Source: Paraspadella gotoi
Taxonomy: Eukaryota > Animalia > Chaetognatha
Assembly: GCA_051294375.1 (NCBI GenBank)
Contig: CM119267.1
Span: forward strand, 19,853,546-19,917,545
Reading direction: 5' to 3'
Length of the DNA stretch: 64,000 bases
Shown: positions 60,327 through 64,000 of the stretch, one piece after another
Layout: the number at the start of each line of letters is the position of its first letter
Numbering within the stretch: position 1 is the first letter of the stretch
Translations under genes and position numbers: made by a program
The notes under the pieces: model-generated
The model's input: only the letters and a program-made list of their open reading frames with translations
What the model was told of the DNA's origin: nothing
The model's database searches: none

Positions 60327-61582
60327 TAAAAGTAGGCTCGATCCCTATTGCTTTTAAGATTTTATTGAACGGTTTTGTCACTATCACATAACATAATTAA
60401 TTTCTTTCAAGAGATAAGATAAAGAGACTAACAAGGGACAAACGACGCCTAGAACGCCAATATCACAGGCGTGAAATTAAAACATTCATACAGACTGCGT
60501 TCTAAAACGTAAAAATACGGTAAAGCCATGTTGAAATATGGTATTTATCTGGCCGGATCGCGCAGATCAATGTATTTTTTAATTGATGTCCTCATTGGAT
60601 AACCACGTCAACCATTTAATACAGACCGGAACGGCGCTTAAAAAAGCTTTTAGCGTGCAAAAACTTGATATCTTTCTATTTGCTCTAAATTTAATATAAA
60701 CTCTCTAAATTTACCCCCCGCGCTCTACTGAAACAGATAGTAAAAACAATACAGTTTCTTTCCGATGGTCTTAACAACAAAAAAAAATTGAAGGCTTGAC
60801 TATGCAGTTTTCACCTAAAAAACCAGTTCAATTTGATTGCTTTATCAAGCATTCAAGATTTCAAGAATTTAAACTTTTCTTTTTTTTTATCTAGTAGAGA
60901 AGACAAATAAGCTATCCGAAACTGTACTGATATGTATGATTTGTTCTATTTTACAAAAGATCAAGCAGGTTTTTTGGGAAAAGGGAAAAAACGGTCTGAC
61001 CAGTTCATTAAATACCATTTTTGGGCATGATAAAATGGGTATTTCGATCGCGCTCTACCTCCGTGGCTTCCCAAGACGCCAAGTTTTTCGAAATCTACCC
61101 ATATTGATATAATTTATATGGGCGCTTGACTAATGCAGTTTTGAATAGAAGTGAAATATAAAGGAATCTTGATCGGAACTTCGATTCGAACGATGCGCAG
61201 CCTATCATATCTATAGTCGGATTTTTTTGAAACTTAATATTAACAATATTGCCATTATTCTACCTTGGCCGGTATAAGAATATATTAAAAACCTCGGGCT
61301 TTGTTCGTCAGAGCTTAGTTAGCGGTAGCCGACCAAATTCAAATTTTAATGGGAACAGCATTAAACTAATCCATTATTGGTATTAATTATTGTGTTAAAA
61401 TATTTTTTTGCAAAAATGTTCCGAACCATGAGTAATTCGCTAATTAATATTATTATATTAGGGGAGACTAATCATTAAGGTGGTTAAGAATTGCATTAAG
61501 CACCTGCTCAAACAAAATTTAGACATTTTTAAAAAAAATTGAATAGACAAATTTTTTTATATTACTCCATACTCAATATATA

Positions 61583-62410
61583 ATTTTTAAATATTTATTT
61601 ATAAATAGGAAAGGCTAAAAATTTTTTTTGGATTTTTTGATTTTTAAGATCAGATTCAGGTAGCTTGCAAAAAGTTGTCTACACAAAGTATAATTTCTTT
61701 TTTCGATATTTTAATCATAAGTATGCGAAAATATGAAAAACTATTTATAATCATCATCATCATCATTTTTCGATAATTTTATTACTTTTTCTTAATTTTG
61801 ACCAGAAAACATAAATATTTTGGAAAGTTGTAGTTAAATTTTTTTATTTAACTTTTTATGCTCTATCAGAATCCATCAAAAAAAGTTAAGATTGATTAAA
61901 AATTTTTTTTATCATTATATAGTAATATTGTAATTTTAATAGCAACAATAAAAGCATTAAAATCGAACTTTTTTAAAAAATTCTTTTTTTACCTAAAAGT
62001 AGCCTTCAAGAATAAAGTTTTGAACCCCCGCCCCTATTGAATTTAATTTCATAGTAGATTTCTAATTATATTGCTATATAATGTCAAAATTTTTTTTGGG
62101 ATATTTTAAATTTTTTTAATTGATTCTGATAGAGCTTAAAAGTTAAGCAAAAAATATAATTACAACTTTTTAAAATTTTGATGTTTTATTATTAAAATTT
62201 AGTAAAAACTGCTAAAATCATCGGATGATGATGATGATGATGAATTTTTAAGGTTTTTCTCAATTTAAACCACTTATCATCAAAATATTGGAAAAAGAAT
62301 TATACTTTGTATAGATAACTTTTCATAAGCTATTTGAATCTGCTTTTAAAAATAAAAAATTCAAAAAAAAATTTTTGACATTTCCTATCTATAAATAAAT
62401 ATTAAAAAAT
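61583..62410. mobile_element. Large imperfect foldback / MITE-like inverted repeat (~350-400-bp arms)
   Basis: 61583-61940 mirrors 62040-62410, e.g. ATATTTATTTATAAATAGGAAA / TTTCCTATCTATAAATAAATAT, CAAAGTATAATT / AATTATACTTTG, (TCA)n / (TGA)n and GCTCTATCAGAATC / GATTCTGATAGAGC. Confidence 0.8.
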
Positions 62411-63169
62411 TAATTACTAATGCTTCTTGCATTTTAGAAAATTTTGCTCCATTGAAAGTTTTCTCAGAAATGTATGAATTTTCATTTGGAAAGGTTCCCA
62501 AATCAAACTTCTGCTTCTGACCCACCCCATTGACGAAGTTTGGCTCTAGCTTAGTCCTAGTCTTTTGGTTTTCTAATTTAAACTCTTTTCCACTCCTACA
62601 CTTCCATCAAAAATTTATATCCAGCCTAATCACATACTTTTCTACCCACACACAAAATTTATCTATCAAATTTTTAATAAACATAATAAGTAAATATAAG
62701 TAAATGTCACTTTTGTTTTTTTCCATTTTAACTCATTTCCACTCGCACGATTCCATCGAAACTTTATATCCAGCTCAATCACACACTTTCCGACTCACAC
62801 ATTCCAATCCATCCATCCAATCACGAGTAATTGGAATTTAATACTATGGGGGGACGGACGTACATCGTTTTTTTTTCATAATTTATAATAATTCGATTTT
62901 CTGATATAATAAAAATAATTTACCGATAAGATTTTGGGGTGGGACCGACGGACCGACAAAGTGAATTATAGAATCTGCTGATAAGGTGATCTATCTCTGA
63001 GATATGGTCCCCCCCCCTCGAGTTCTTTAATTTTTTTCATCGATTTGTTTTGTTTTATGCACCTTCGAATGTTTGTTTACTTCTCAACTTTGGGTATTGA
63101 CTCAACTTCTCTAAAACGGCTCTGGCCAATAATCCTCATCGACGACAGCAACGGTAAATTTCCGGACTG

Positions 63170-63173
<4 letters not shown>

Positions 63174-63229
<56 letters not shown>
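63174..63229 (+). repeat. (CT)n microsatellite
   Basis: Pure TC run of ~55 bp. Confidence 0.95.
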
Positions 63230-63234
<5 letters not shown>

Positions 63235-64000
63235 CAATGTATATAAAATCTAAAGTGTTTGCATTAACCGGATGAGAAAAACAACAAAACCCAAGCTCGA
63301 TAACAAACTTTTACGACTTCGTTGTCCCTACTCGATTCTTCCAGAAACGAGAAAACGAGGAAAAAAATTGCGAAGAAACCCTTTTTTTCTACTCGGAAGG
63401 ATCAAACGTTTTTTTTTTAAACGCGGATATTTTTTTGTCAAATTTGGTTCGATTTCCACTTAAATCTGTTATTTGCTGAACTTATTTCTCACAAACTTTT
63501 CTTAATTTATAAGATTCACGTGAGTTTCGATAAGAGAGAAATATTTCGATAAGATGTCGGAACTGATCGTCCGGGTCGTGAACGAATATGAGTCGATGGG
63601 ATCCGAACCACCTTGTCAAACATTTTTACTCCTCCTGACGCTCTGTAAACAATCTCTCAACTTTTGTTAAAAGAATCATCCGTCTACATTAAGGCGTAGT
63701 AAAATTTCTAAATTTAACTTTAATTACAATTTTAAAAGTGAGGAACGAATAACATAATACTAATGAACTTTTATGTATAAACAAATTTAAAATTATAAAT
63801 TTTACAATTTATGCAGTAGGCCATATTCATACATAGTAGTACTATTAGTACTAATCCAATAAATGTTTGAATAAAGAATAAAGAATTTGTAAAAATGATT
63901 TATATTTTATTTAATCAATCTTAACGAGAATTCAAATCTGCTATCAAAATTAAGAAGATTTTATAAACGTAATACTATATATAAATATAGCCTACTGCGA

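Noticed and set aside
63505-63650. Possible terminal exon of a minus-strand gene outside the window
   Set aside because: An acceptor-like TTTACAG and ~40 open codons are present, but nothing recognisable; insufficient evidence.

Overview
Compact, intron-rich genomic DNA from a non-vertebrate animal; the taxon cannot be fixed from sequence alone. From 1 to ~49.3 kb there are 20 consecutive protein-coding genes, all on the minus strand. In window order they are a beta-propeller protein, RPL29, eIF3H, DHX57, two DMTF1-like Myb genes, BLM, alpha-tubulin, Mos, an orphan membrane protein, EXOSC4, RPL14, a CYTH protein, a C-terminal-only REV3L, MLX, ACAA2, DALRD3, PISD, a COX7B/prag01-like protein and CCDC14. 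Stop-to-ATG gaps are 54-376 bp except one of ~800 bp, and an unpaired 3' splice acceptor precedes most start codons. This is the pattern expected of a very large operon resolved by spliced-leader trans-splicing. A strand switch at ~49.4-51.1 kb is followed by TRMT112 and DZIP1 on the plus strand, then a repeat-rich, gene-poor tail. Main findings: (1) the ~20-gene candidate operon, including 54- and 77-bp junctions; (2) a DNA polymerase zeta catalytic subunit gene lacking its whole N-terminal domain, suggesting a split REV3; (3) uORFs after the acceptor in regulatory or low-dosage genes but not in high-expression genes; (4) nested mobile elements in the few long introns, including a hAT-type element with an 8-bp TSD, a PPT-LTR-PBS relic, and a HINE-like element carrying an LTR/PBS/gag-like fragment. 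All exon structures and family assignments were made by eye, with no database searches.
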